From NCBI GenBank assembly GCA_040143965.1, contig JASJQH010006891.1, positions 1-51,295 on the forward strand: 51,295 bases of DNA, read 5' to 3'. The stretch comes from Basidiobolus ranarum. Its lineage: Eukaryota. Position 1 is the stretch's first letter; every line of letters starts with the position of its first letter. This document shows positions 24,891 through 38,175 of the stretch, one piece after another. A program made the position numbers and the translations under genes. The notes under the pieces are model-generated. The model was not told the DNA's origin. It was given only the letters and a program-made list of their open reading frames with translations, and did no database searches.

Positions 24891-25958
24891 ATGAAATACG
24901 AGTTACCTCCCCCTTCTTCTAGTAGGGAAGAAAGTAAGTTTACACTCTCTTTTCTCATTTAAACTTAATCGCTTGCTAAGTTTATTTACCTTTTAGAGAG
25001 TGTACAGTTCAAAAAGTACATAAGTTTATGTTTTCTTACCATCCAAAGTAGCACCCTGGTATTGATGTTACGATACTCTCGCGTGGAACATCAACCAGGG
25101 CAACCTATGTATCTTGCATCCACTGCAGTATTCTTTGCTGAGCTTATAAAGGCCGTAGTATGCTTGTTATTTTTATATAAGAATTCCGGAAAATGGTCAA
25201 TATTCGTGGACACACTAACTGATGAAATATTTGGTAATTGGTCTGAACTCAAACTGATGATGGTTCCCTCAGGCTTATATGCTCTTCAAAACAACTTGCT
25301 GTTTCTTGCTCTATCCAATCTTGAAGCTGCTACCTTTCAAATATCATACCAATTGAAGATCCTCTCTACAGCCTTGTTTTCTGTGTTGTTGCTGGGTACA
25401 CGCTTATCACGTAACAAATGGCTTAGTTTGATTTTGTTGATGGTTGGAGTTATTCTTGTTCAACTTCCATCAACTTCAGAAGCATCTACTACCACTGAGG
25501 ACGCTTCTGTTACAGATTTGCAAAATCCTATTGTTGGTTTGTTTGCTGTCATTTCTGCCTGTTTATCTTCTGGATTTGCTGGGTGCTATTTCGAAAAAAT
25601 AGTGAAGAAGGGCCCTGCTAGTATGTGGGTTAGAAATATTCAACTGGGGATACCCGCATTACTATTCTCTATGACGGCGATGCTAATCAGCGATGGAAGA
25701 GCCATTGCACACAATGGGATCCTTTATGGCTACGATACTCTCACTTGGGTTGTGGTTTTCAATCAGGCCCTTAGTGGGCTTTTAGTCGCCTTAGTTGTCA
25801 AATACGCAGGAAATATTCTCAAAGGATTTGCCAACTCGTTGTCGATCATAATATCTAGCATGATATCTTTCTATGTATTTGGGTTTCAGCCCTCACCTCA
25901 GTTTGCAATGGGAGCGTTTATTGTGATCACTGCCACTTTGCTGTATAGTCGACCATAG
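24891..25958 (+). CDS. Nucleotide-sugar transporter, SLC35A family (UDP-Gal/UDP-GlcNAc-like)
   Basis: Two exons; YLASTAVFFAELIK; VPSGLYALQNNL; YQLKILSTALFS; SGFAGCYFEKIVK; WVRNIQL; LVVKYAGNILKGFA. Confidence 0.92.
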
Positions 25959-26275
25959 ACTTGCAATTAGTTATTATTCTATAATTTTAATTATTCATAA
26001 TTCGTAGTTGTATTTCCCTTGATATATAACTTAACTACGTTAGAAGCTGGATCTTTTTTGTAATTTATCCGATTTCTGTCATCATAATTTAATCCATTTT
26101 CCAATAGTTATGTAAAGAAGATTTTAGATTGAAATTTAATAAATTCAATAATATGCATATTTGTTAACATAGTTATGGTTGGTGAGTGTTCTTAGTGTAG
26201 CCGGTCATATTAGATAAAATTTCCTTTTTTTCTACTTGGTAAGGTTTGCTTTAGTTTGCTAACGATCTTGTCGAG

Positions 26276-28085
26276 ATGAACTTCAACGATTGGAAACTTC
26301 CTACTTTACTTTTTAACCCCAAAGTGCAACTCGCTTTGACTGCAGTAGCTGCTTCAGTAACTACTGCTACTGTCATTTTAGCTTCACAAAATAAAAACCG
26401 TAAAGGGCGTACTGTAGAGGGAAAGAATAAAAATAAGAAGAAGTTCGAGGAAGTACCTTTAATAATTAGAGATAAGGTTGAACCCGTAAACAGTTCACAA
26501 AAGGTATTGACAAAAGAAGAGAAATCTCTTCTTGAAGAACAATTAAAGAAATCCATCGAGTTCTTTGGTGAAAAAGGAGTAGAAAAATTACGTAACTCCT
26601 TTGTGATCGTTGTAGGTGCAGGTGGTGTGGGTTCTTGGGCTGCGTTGATGTTACTTCGTTCTGGAGTGGAACATATGCGTATCATCGATTTTGACCAAGT
26701 CACTCTTTCTTCGCTTAATAGACACGCAGTCGCTACTCGTTCTGACGTTGGTACACCAAAAGTATTGGCCTTAAAGAGACATTTCCAAAGAATTTCACCT
26801 CACGCTGATATCGACGCTAGAGTTGAATTATTCAAAGATGAACTAGCTGATATACTTCTCGAAGGTAGTTAAAGTTTTCCTGGAAAAGTTTAAAATTTAC
26901 GGAAAATAATAATGGAACCTTTCTTTACTAAATTAATATAGGCAAACCTGATTTTGTATTGGATTGCATAGACAATATCGACACCAAATTGCACTTACTT
27001 CAGTACTGTCACGAGAAAGAAATTCCCGTATGATACTACTTTGGAACCTTAATCTCACGGAATGTCGACTAAGTTTCCTATTTCATTGTTTCGTAGGTCA
27101 TTAGTTCTATGGGAGCAGGTGCCAAAGCTGATCCTAGTAAAGTTCAAATCTCCGACATTAGCGAAACATTTGGTACTTTCATCTGAAGATTCTCCTTGAT
27201 TATGTGTACATGGATTTCTAACAAGTTAAACCTTTGGAATATTCAGAGGATTCGCTAGCTCGTGCAGTTCGAAGAAAAATTCGCAAGTTAGGTGTTGAGA
27301 AGGGTATCACTGTCGTTTATTCCACCGAAAAGCCTGGTGAAGTCAAATTGTTACCATTAGGTATAGTGATTCAAACAGCTCGGTATTCTTCGTTAAAATT
27401 GTATGTATAGCTGATAGTATGTCTCAAACATATTAGAACAATCACAAGAGGAGAAACCCGATGAATTTGCTGTACTTCCAGACTTTAGAGTTCGTATTTT
27501 GCCCGTCTTAGGTGAAATTTAGAAAGAATTTACATACACTCCTCCATTACCTCGCTAATGAAGCATTATTCCTCGCTCAACAGGCACTCTTCCTGCTATT
27601 TTTGGTATGACAATGGCTTCTTACGTTACAAACAAGTTAGCAAACTACGAAATTCAGCCACTGGCTATAAAGCAGAGAGATTCTGTATACGCTAGAATTC
27701 TCCGGGATATGTTTTCTAGAGAAACCAAAAACTATAAGATAAAGTTAGTAGATTTCATTCTCTATGGACTTAGTTTAATAGACACTAATGTCCTCTTTAT
27801 CGTAGGATTGACGGTCTACCATTTGACAAACGTGATGTTGGCTATCTTCTCGAGGAGGTCTGGCGTGGCCGTAGTATTATATCAGGAGAGATGGATAGAT
27901 TGGCATTAGTACGATGGGACAATTCAAAACCATTGGGTTTCCAAAATTGCATTTGTCTGACTAAAACCGAGGCTACTGCTCATGAGAAAGTCACAAGTAA
28001 CCCAGAGGAGCATTACCCTAAAGAAATAGTAGACCGAGTTCAACGCAAGTTGATCGAAGAGAAAACCCTTAGCAAATGGCGTTGA
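26276..28085 (+). CDS. TCD1: tRNA threonylcarbamoyladenosine dehydratase (ThiF/E1-like, Tcd1/Tcd2 family)
   Basis: N-terminal membrane anchor; VVGAGGVGSW; IIDFDQVTLSSLNRHA; DCIDNIDTK; SSMGAGAKADP; DFRVRILPVLGTLPAIFG. TCD1 and TCD2 cannot be told apart here. Confidence 0.88.
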
Positions 28086-28367
28086 TCCTCATACCCGCTA
28101 GATAGAATGTTTCCTTATACATGAACTTTTTTGTCGAATTTGATCAATAAAGAAAATTCAAATAGAACTCGGGTTTTACGAATAATACATAGAATATTTG
28201 TTACTATGCGATGGTTTATTTCTATTGATGTTGGTTTTCTTGAGACTATATAAACATGGTAATGATATCTTAGATATATCTTCAAGAGTAGAGAGTTGGT
28301 CAATGAATAATTACAAGATTCACATGCAGCATTACGCATGGGAATGGATGGACTTCCTCTTCACATA

Positions 28368-31168
28368 TTACCATTCATTCGGGTCTTCGGCAAGTGGGTC
28401 ACGCTTACGTTTTTTAGCTAACCAGGAAATGGAGAAGACTTTTCGAAGCTCTCTATAATATCCTGATGTTGTGGCCCCTCCATTTTGCTTTGTTGGCGTT
28501 ACTTCATCCGTTGTAGGTCCATCGACTTCGATATATATCGTATTTTCATTTTGCCCTGCTTCTTCATCCAGATCCATGGATAGTTTCGAGGTTACACTAG
28601 ATTCTTCTATATCTTTACTCCTCTTTGATGCTTTGAAATCTTCACGGAAAAGTGACCTTTCGGGGTTTTCACTAGAACTGGATTTGGCCAAAATACTGGA
28701 ATCTATATAGCTCTCCTGAGAAGATAGTTCACCCTCAGATACTTGCGTACAATGACTTTCCTCTATGTCTTCAGCAAGCTCGATCAGATTGAACTTCATT
28801 GGCATTATTTGGGTGATTGGAGCCATATCCTGAGAATCTTTAATTAGACCACTACCATAGTCATCACAGGTTTTTCTCAATCGCTCGACGCTGCTAGTGA
28901 CTGAATCAGCGATATCCTTGCCAAGTACATTGTTGGTCGAGGATATAGGATCAGCTGTATAAAGTGAACTTGGTCAGAATAAAATCCATAAATCAAAAGG
29001 ATTGTTTACTTACCATGAAGAGTGTTTTCAATACTGGTAGAATTGACTTTCCCCAATTCTTTAAGCGAGGTTGGGTTTTCGAATCCTGGCAGGTTCCATT
29101 TTATTCCTTCTCCAATCCTAGTGATTGCCAATAAATTACGTTCCTTCCCTTTGTGGTTGAACTTACTGAGATTGTCGTTTGCAATACTATGGAGTTTCTC
29201 TCTTGGAGTCATCTCGGTCTCGATCGGATCAAACTCTGGCTCCTTTTGAGCAATCGTGTCTATATCCACTATATTCATGCTGACATTCGGGGATTCGGGA
29301 CTAACTCTCCGTAAAGCACCGAAAGAGTCCATCATTCTCATAGCAGAGTCTCGCCTGATGTACGATAGGTGTTGATTCAGTTGATCATGATCATTTTTGA
29401 TTAAGTAGCGAGCAAAATCTGCTGCCAATTCGGCAGGTGAGCTTTCATAACTGACCTCATACAGACGATCATTAGGACGACCAATAGCTTGTTGCTTTGA
29501 TGGATTGTTTTCATCCTCAGTATCATTTGTAAAGTCTAGTTTTTTGGTTTCTATTAGCTTATTTAATGGTATCAGCCGAAGCTCAATTGGCTGCGAGCAG
29601 AAATTGTCACCAAAGAGCATACTGGCAGTTGTTTGATTTCTAGGTAGACAAGGTTGTTAGCTAAGGAGGACGAGGGGGAGGGGTTTAGTAACATCAAATT
29701 GAGAGGAGAATGAAACTTACTCTCCAGTTCTAACGCTTTCACTTTCCGCGGAGGGAAAACTCGTGACTTCACTTAGTTCAATATCGCTTTGGGATTCGTA
29801 AATCTCTTCTCCGTATTCGACAGGTATGGAAAACGATTCAATTGATGATGGACTCTGGGGACTCTTAGGGCTTCCTGACTTGTTAAAGAGTTAAAACTTT
29901 AATAGTTCTAATAAGACGTTGGATTCGGCTCAAACCTGTGTAGCGGCCAAAGATTCATTTGGAGAAGTACGGATTTGTGTACACCAGTTGAAGGAATCTA
30001 AATCTTCAAGATTTTCTCGTATATCCTCTTCAATCCTCCAATCTATAAATAATGAATTAAGTACATTTTGTAGAGAGTGACGGTTACAGTAGCCCAAATA
30101 TACCCTCTAAGTTATCTAGTAACTCTTGTTGATTAGCAGAAATGATACAATCTCTTTCAGTAATCTTTCTCAAATCCTAACGCACATCAAAAGTACGGAT
30201 TATGAATTCATACAATTGAAGAAATTATGAGAATGTTCATGTTCATACCTTCCACCCAACGCTGACTCCTAGTAAAGAGTCGGTTTGCATCATCTCCACC
30301 TCACACGTATCATTGGCAGGGGTTTCTGTGTTATCTCCTTGTTGGGAGAATATGTTTTCTAAGATCTCACTCGGGCTGCTACTGAGGTCTTCATTATATA
30401 GATAATAGTGAGGAATGAGATTTAACAAAACCAAGTCAAGATTCACGTTATCGGTGCCATACCTGATAATTCTTTATGAGCTTCTATATTATTCTGGTCG
30501 CTAACACACAAAAAATTAATATTCTTTTCCCATTCACTTGAGGAATCTTTTTCACAATGAATCTCTACTAAATAATACAAACCATTGGGACAACTTTTGC
30601 AACCTTCCTTTCACATATACGTTTCGGCAAAGGTAATGGGGCTCTCCAAACGTCATACAACCATCAGAACCAACGTAGTTGAACTTTTCTACATGTATGT
30701 GGCAAGCGACACGACCAAACTCTCTGTGTAGTCGAAAATAATATTCTTTCAATTGAATCAGAGCACCCTTCATAGAAGTCAAAGATCGTTCCCTAAGAAA
30801 TCTGGGCTTAAACATTTGACAGTAGCTGTTAATGTTAAGATGAGGAAGATACCTTTCGAAATGTTGTGTACATGAAGAAGAAAATGAAGCTTTGATATAT
30901 GTGGATTTGTCGGATAGTTCAGCAGTTATAATCTGGTCGGGTTTATCGGCATCTCTATATGACAAGAACTGGTAGGAAAATGAGTTAACGAAATAAATGG
31001 TGATTTGATAGGGAAATATTTTATTGAAATGGATGAAAGTAATAGAAAAAGGTAGCAACACTAAACCTGAATTATTTGAACGCTTCTTGTCTGTTCTATT
31101 TTTGTTTCCAACGATTTGAGCTCGAGAAAGTCTTGTAATATCCAAGGTTTGCGTAGAAACTGAGACAT
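28368..31168 (-). CDS. TPP1/Tpz1/Est3-like telomere protein (N-terminal OB fold plus long acidic region), multi-exon
   Basis: MSQFLRKPWI...RSVQIIQ|FLSYRD...ITAELSDKSTYIKASFSSSCTQHFE...SLTSMKGALIQLKEY...HVEKFNYVGSDGCMTFGEP fits the TPP1/Est3 OB pattern. The downstream exons splice in frame to the stop at 28368. Confidence 0.72.
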
Positions 31169-31721
31169 ATTAGTTTATGCCCAACATATCAATATTTCTT
31201 ATTCACGAGTTCACTATGGAAAAAGCCGTCCTTTGACAAAACAAATAATGTAGACTCCAAAAATCAACTTCATCCAATCCGGGCTCAATTTTATTGGATT
31301 GTGAGTTTGTTTTGTCTCATTTGTAGTAAACTGATGGAATGGTGCTGATTACCGATTACAGCCTACCACTACTGACTATGTATTACTGACTGAATGACAA
31401 TTTGCGTTTAATATTTAGATTTGTACCTAGATTCAGCTACTGCTACTGTGACTACTAAATATCTTGTGGGTGAATGCATACATGACATGAATATGCATAT
31501 TTGTTTGCGATATGAAAAGCATATATTGAGTAGGATTTTACGTCAACATTTCTTGAAGTTCTAGTACGTTTTTACTTGTCCAATGATTTGAAATATACCA
31601 GACCTTTAGTCCATGATACAGGAATTTTGTAATCGTCTCGCTTTCTCCTTTACTATCTGATCCCCCTCAATCCTTTAGAAAAATTGGAGTAGATATCTCT
31701 CCCTTACCTGAACCGACTTTT

Positions 31722-33001
31722 ATGGACTCTTTCAGTGAATCTTTTGACTTTTCAAACAATCGACTTGTTTTACACCGTTGCTACGAGTGTGATTCTCAAG
31801 TCACTATTGTTGCAACTTCTTTACCTACGTGTCCTAATTGCTATAGCGAATTTGTCGAGGAAATAGAGGTATCTCTTTCATTTATACAACTATCCAGAAG
31901 CCTACTTTTACACTACTGGTGTTTCTTTCTAGATAGAGACTTCAAATTATATCTTTGATGACTCTCCTCCTTCAATTAGAAATGGAGGAGTGGAATTTGA
32001 CTCTGAATCTAGGGAAGCTGAGGTAGTCGATAGAGTTCAAACTATGTTGCAGCAACTTTTGAGCTCAAATAACTCCTCACTCGTAATGCAAGAAGAGGAA
32101 GCGGAAGATCCCTATTTTGACCTTAACGAGTATGATAATGAAACTGATAATGATAGCGATACAGGAACGCACGAAGATACAGCAGACAGAGAAGATATTT
32201 TTACAACTATTCTCAATATGGATGATGCCACCTACAGTGAGTCACGTAACTCCAGTTTACCACAGAACTTTTCAAAGTAGGAAACAAGATTGATATTCCA
32301 GCCATTAACAACCAAAAATGTTAGTTTACTGACTCCCCCCCCAAGCTTCATCCAGCATCTACTTGACGGCGCCAATGCTTCCATGGGAGGAGCCAATCCT
32401 TTATGGAATTTACTTGAGCTTCACGGCGAACCTGGTGATTATGTTTTTGGTGAGCAGGGACTTGACAATGTTATAACTCAGCTGATGGAGCAACCTGGGT
32501 ATTCACCTTTTATACTTGTTTAATGTTGAGATAAAGAACGAATATTCATCTACCGTTTACCCCACTTTTATAGTAAGAATATACCTACGCCAGCATCGGA
32601 AGATACGATTAATAAATTACCACTAAAGTTGATGACACAAGGTCAAATTGGTTAGTGAACGCATTACTTGATCACACCTTTGCACGATCTAACCCACTCT
32701 ATAGATATATACAAGGAATGCACGGTATGTAAGGACGACTTTGTAATCGACGATGCGGTCAACCATCTTCCATGTCAACATCTGTTTCATCATGAGTGCA
32801 TTCGACCGTGGCTACTTCTGAATGGAACATGTCCTGTATGGTAAGTACACGTTATGGAGTAGCTATGCATTCATACCCATCAAATGACTTCTCATTACAT
32901 CATGGACACCTATTCTCATCTATCTCTCATTTAGTCGCTATTCTTTGATAACTAAGGAAACATCTAGAAGTAAAGACGGAGTTGAGACAGCGGATAATTA
33001 A
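31722..33001 (+). CDS. RNF126/RNF115-like RING-H2 E3 ubiquitin ligase
   Basis: N-terminal zinc ribbon CYECD...CPNCYSEFVEEIE; GDYVFGEQGLDNVITQLME; RING-H2 CTVCKDDF...[26 protein letters not shown]. Confidence 0.9.
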
Positions 33002-33945
33002 GAAAGCGGACTGGTTTAATATAACGTATCGATCATATCTACAAAATACTACTACCATAATCTGGATCAATCCAAACGAGTCTATCAATGACAGAATAAT
33101 AGAGGCAAAATTGGAAGACTCCTTTCTACTCTTGGTAACGCTTCATAGCTCATAATCCTTTCACAATGGCACTTGTCTAAGCCACATGTATCTCTTATTT
33201 GACTGTATCAATATTACTTTGTGATTAGCGTTGCTTTAATTACGTACATCGTTGGTTTTGAGATTGGAACAAATAAAGTCCCATTTAAATCTATATCACT
33301 GTATATCACTGGCCAGCGAAAGAATCGACCTTATTGGTATAGAGGTGAGTGTGAAAGGATGGGTGGAGTCAGGTAATCAAGGGTTTGGCAGCATTTACCA
33401 AGGTGGCAGTCATTGATGTGAAATACAATATATTGTCAAACAAAATGGGTTGATGCTAAGTTGTATTGACTCATTGCGCATATTCCCACGAGGCTGAGGA
33501 TTTAGCACCCTTGCATTCTATTGCAAATCGAAGTCGAACTGACAGAATGTGATGTGTGGTTCTACAGAGAGAAAATGATTAGATGTGCAGGCCAAACATT
33601 GATAGATATTCAGCTGCTTTGGACATCTCGACGATCAATCCAATCTATATCAGGTAACAGCTCATATTTATTGCGGATTTTCAAGCTCTGTTGACCGAAG
33701 AATCTAAAGTGTTACAGAACCTGGACAGATAAATTCTCTGACTGAGATATGTAATATCCTGTTTCTAGTTAGTAATATTACCACGGTGATGAATGTTTAC
33801 AAGTCGCTCCTATTAAGGTTGGCAATTCTTAGTGTGAGAATGAAACAAAATTCCATTTGGTCATGGGTCTTCTTAGCCTTATCGTACCACAACCTGATTC
33901 TCATAAATATAGCCACCGTTATGATCAATACAAACAGATCTTTCA

Positions 33946-34902
33946 ATGTTGCAAGAAGATTTTACCTTCGTTTCTGCTTCCGAGTATTCGCTTAATGAGA
34001 TAGTCGGGATAAACAACCGGGTATGGAAAGGATACTTTCGTGATATGACTACAGATGTCTCTGGCTTTTCAAACTTAATGAGGCTCTATACTGCAGATAT
34101 ATCACAGAGTGTAGTTGCTTGTAAGTTATATTTCTCTATATATTATTTTTTTTCTCGGTTCTTATGCACTGTCTTACTTTTGACACTAAACATATAACCT
34201 TTATATATTTATGGTCATTCAGTGAATGAGGAGAAATACCCAGTAGGCTTGACCAACTTGGGGGTCCGCGGAAGTGAAGGTTGGGTAGCTGGTTTCGCAC
34301 TTGACCCTGAATATCGCAAGAAAGGTTTAGGTTCAAAATTGATGCAAGAAATCATAAACCGAGCAAGTAACTTGGGACTTTCTATGTTGTATTTGGAATT
34401 CATCGAGGAAAACGTAGCGGCTTCCAAGTTGTACACTCGTCTTGGCTTTATACCTACCGGAAAATTGATTTCCTTCAAACTACCAGTAGAAGAACTTCTT
34501 ACTAGTCTAGATGAAGAACAACTATTGGACACTGAAGTATCCTGGATAAATCCTCACTGGACTTCAAACCGCACACCCATGTGTTGGACTCGTCAAGCAT
34601 TTACCATAAGAAGTGGTAAACACATCAGTGCCGCTTTAAAAGACTCTCTTGGTATGCCAAGGACGGGACTCCTAGTAAAATACGATAAAAAGGACGTTAT
34701 AATTTTAGATAGCTTAATAACTATTAATTCAACTGTTGATGATTTTATTGCACTGTTGAAGTATTTTGTTAATGACACTACCGAAAATATTCAAATCTTT
34801 AACGAGCCAGAAGGATCACCATTTTCCAAATTCCTTGAAAATATGGGATTTAAAGTAATCCTTTCTCAGTGGGGAATGTCACTGAAGATCGGAAAGCACT
34901 GA
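33946..34902 (+). CDS. GNAT family N-acetyltransferase, bacterial-type (2 exons; intron 34121-34222)
   Basis: Acetyl-CoA motif ALDPEYRKKGLGSKLM; motif B LEFIEENVAASKLYTRLGF; a degenerate second GNAT-like half ending FLENMGFKVILSQWGM. Confidence 0.85.
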
Positions 34903-35093
34903 TCTTGAACAATTCTTTACTTTTATTTATTAAACTTGTGAAGCGGCATCTGTTTGCTTGGTATAATACAAAATTCCATTTATTTGTCAAGCAACCGTAT
35001 ACAAAATAGGTCATTGATATACTTATTCCAAGAACGAGGTAAATATTTGAAGATAAAAGATTTGGTTTATAAGGGATTTAACTATAATTGGAG

Positions 35094-38000
35094 TTAGGAT
35101 TCCATCTCCTTCTTGACCTTCACTTTGGCATCCAAGGGACGAAGGGTTTTCTGTACTCTATTCATAACATTAGTGACCCGTTTCTTCAACAAATCGTGAT
35201 CAGATTTCACTTCCTACAATATAATGTTCAAAGTCAGCAAGTACAATCTTGAAATTTCACCAACTGCAATGCCATAATTACCCCGGTGATTGCGTCGATT
35301 GAAGCAATTTGATCATCAATCATCACAGTTAAAATATGTTCGTCATGACTGACTTCGTCGAATTGTTTAGACAGAAACTGTGCAAGTTCTTCGACTCTCT
35401 CATCTGTGGATACATGTACATGTGAGTGACACGCGGATTTCGTTACTAAGGTGTGACTAGAGTAGTTAGAATATGAAGGGTTGATGAATTATGTGCAATC
35501 ACTCAAAACCTGCCTTTAACCGAAGCCGGGCTACTCTCGATATTGAGGATGATGGCGAGAACTGAATCGGCAATCATATCGTTCATAGCATTTCCAATCC
35601 ACTCGAGAGAAACTTGATTCTTTCCATTGCTTTGGACATTCACCGTATCAAACACCTAAATACACATTCATTAGTCTAGGCACAAACAATTCTTGGTGAG
35701 ATCTCGCAATTACCCTTAGGGTTGAGTTCTTCTCATCATCTAGGCTCTCTTCAATGTCGTCGTACATTTGCTCCAAATGATATCTCAGCAAAGAAAATGC
35801 CGCATGATACGGAAGGGTGAGTTTCTGACATACCACACTGGTAGTCAATCCACTAAATTCATTTAGATCTTCAGCACTCATGATGTTGTATTGGAAATCT
35901 TTAGCCACCAAGATGCCAGAGATCGTTTGATCCTCTTCGGGGTATTTCTCGGCCATGTGACCAACAGTCTATTTTTTGGGTGGATTAGTTAGATGGTCAA
36001 TGATTAGTAAGATATTTTGCTCTACCTTGGCCATCTTCTCACCACGGAAATACAAACTAATAGTTTCACAATTTTTGGGTGTGTAGATAGTGATCTCCTC
36101 GTCACGTTCGGCATATCTACTCTGTAAAGCACTCTTCAAGCGGCCCATAACATTGGAATCACCATGGACAAGTACCTTTAAAAATGATGAGTTAACTATG
36201 AAGCAATGAGCTAACATGATGAAGTTGAATCATACAAGGTTAGGTGCCTTCACTTCATCAATAAATTGACTGTTTTGTGCATAGTCGACATGGGCGGAGA
36301 AAGAGATGTAATCAACGGACATTCTAAGGGGTAGTCTGGATCCTGACATAGATTGGAAATCCTCTGGCTCGTTCAAAATAGACTATACATGGGTTGTGAG
36401 TTAAAAAAAGTTGCATAATCTAATATATTTCGAGTGTCGTAATGCTTTGAAATTCAAGTCTTACCTTAGCCAAGGTTCCTTCAACACAGTAACCAGTGAT
36501 GACTACTCCGTTCCGTTTGTCAGTGGCCCATCTTTCCAAAAGCTCTCTGGAGAGACCGTTCTAAAATGAAATGTATCATCTACGATGAGTATTCCGCTTG
36601 GTAGTTCGTTTAGCTAAAGAATGATCCAATTACCTGAAGCATACCAGGACTAGCCATCATCACACAAGGGCCAACATCATCGAAATTCTCCATGTTTCTC
36701 AAATTTGAAATATGTTTGAAAACAAAGGGATTGGAAACGGCAAATTGCTTACGAATTTTGGCGTTCATCATGTTAATGTAAGTTTGATAAACGGCCATAC
36801 ATTTCTTGGCTAAAGAAGATGCATAATAAATTGGGATTGATTCGAGTTCCGGATGTGCTTCCCAATATTCATCTAAAATCAACAGAAGTTCCTGAGCACG
36901 ACCCAAAGCAAATACTGGAATCAGACAGCGTCCTCCTCTAGTAACAATGTCATGGACGAGTGCTGAGATAAAAAAAAAGTCAATAAACCAACAATTGATG
37001 GAAGCATTTATATGACCATACTTGTAAAACGATGCTCTCTTTCAACTCGTGGTTCATGACTCTGCACACCATAAGTAGATTCACAAATAAGTACGTCTAG
37101 TTGTACATTCTCAGGTTTCTCGGCAGCCATCAAATGTCGATCTTCTTCTCTTGAGTAATCTCCAGTATAAAGAATCTTAAATGATCAAAAGACGGTTTTT
37201 GTTAGGGTTTTCGAATAACCAACTACCTCACTTTCTTCTCGCTGATGAAACAAGCATTACCTTAACACCTGCAATTTCGATCAAGAACATACACGCACCA
37301 AGCACATGTCCGGCGTTAAATCCAGTAAATTTTATACCATCTACTTCCACCTCTTGATGATAATCGACTGCTTCGATACGCTCGTAACTTCGAATCAAAT
37401 CTTGCTCATCATAAAGCATCTCATCTACTGAGGTATTACTGAAGAATTGTATGAGTTATACGATGAATTTAGGCACACTATAAATTAGAACTTTTGTTTT
37501 TAAACTTACCTAACTTTGACATAATCAGATAGTAACCACTTATAGATAGCTTTCGTAGGATGCGTCATGAATACTCGTCCTTTGAAATTGGTCTAAATAA
37601 AGAAGACGAAACAAACAATGATTAATACTAAGCTTTAGAAGGGAGTGCGCATATCTACTTTTTGACGCATAGAAATATATATGAAACAATGTTTACTTTT
37701 TCCATAAAATAAGGGACCGATGCAGCATGATCCAAGTGGAAGCTAATGAGAAGTTTAAAAAAAAGAACAAAAAACTTTATTTAAATAACGTGAACAAAAT
37801 AATACAATTACAGATAAACCTGAAAACAATAATAAATAGAATTATACATACTGGGTAACGAGGAGCACATCAACCGTTGAAGGATCTATTTCATCAAAGA
37901 AAGGTAATGCAGCAAGTCCGACTAAACCAGGATGAATACCTGCATCCAACTATAGAATATTTTACAGATCAAGATAGCTAAGTAAGTCTCCACTTTACAG

Positions 38001-38175
38001 GTATCATTAATATAAAAGTAAAATCTACTCGTACCATTATAGTTTTTCCTTTATAACGCAAAATGTGACACGATCTACCAACTTCATTACCTGCTCCTAG
38101 AGCAGTGATCTGAAGTACATCGTTTTCATCGGCTACTGCAATCTCAACGTCTGGTTTTCTTTTTACTCCAGCCAT
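35094..38175 (-). CDS. YSH1: Pre-mRNA 3'-end endonuclease Ysh1/CPSF73 (multi-exon)
   Basis: [23 protein letters not shown] metallo-beta-lactamase motif; [41 protein letters not shown]. Confidence 0.97.

Noticed and set aside
30793-30852. GTATCTTCC donor in the TPP1-like gene (and GTATCTCTTT at 31869 in RNF126-like) as U12 introns
   Set aside because: Both deviate from RTATCCTT and have no U12 branch motif near the 3' splice site.
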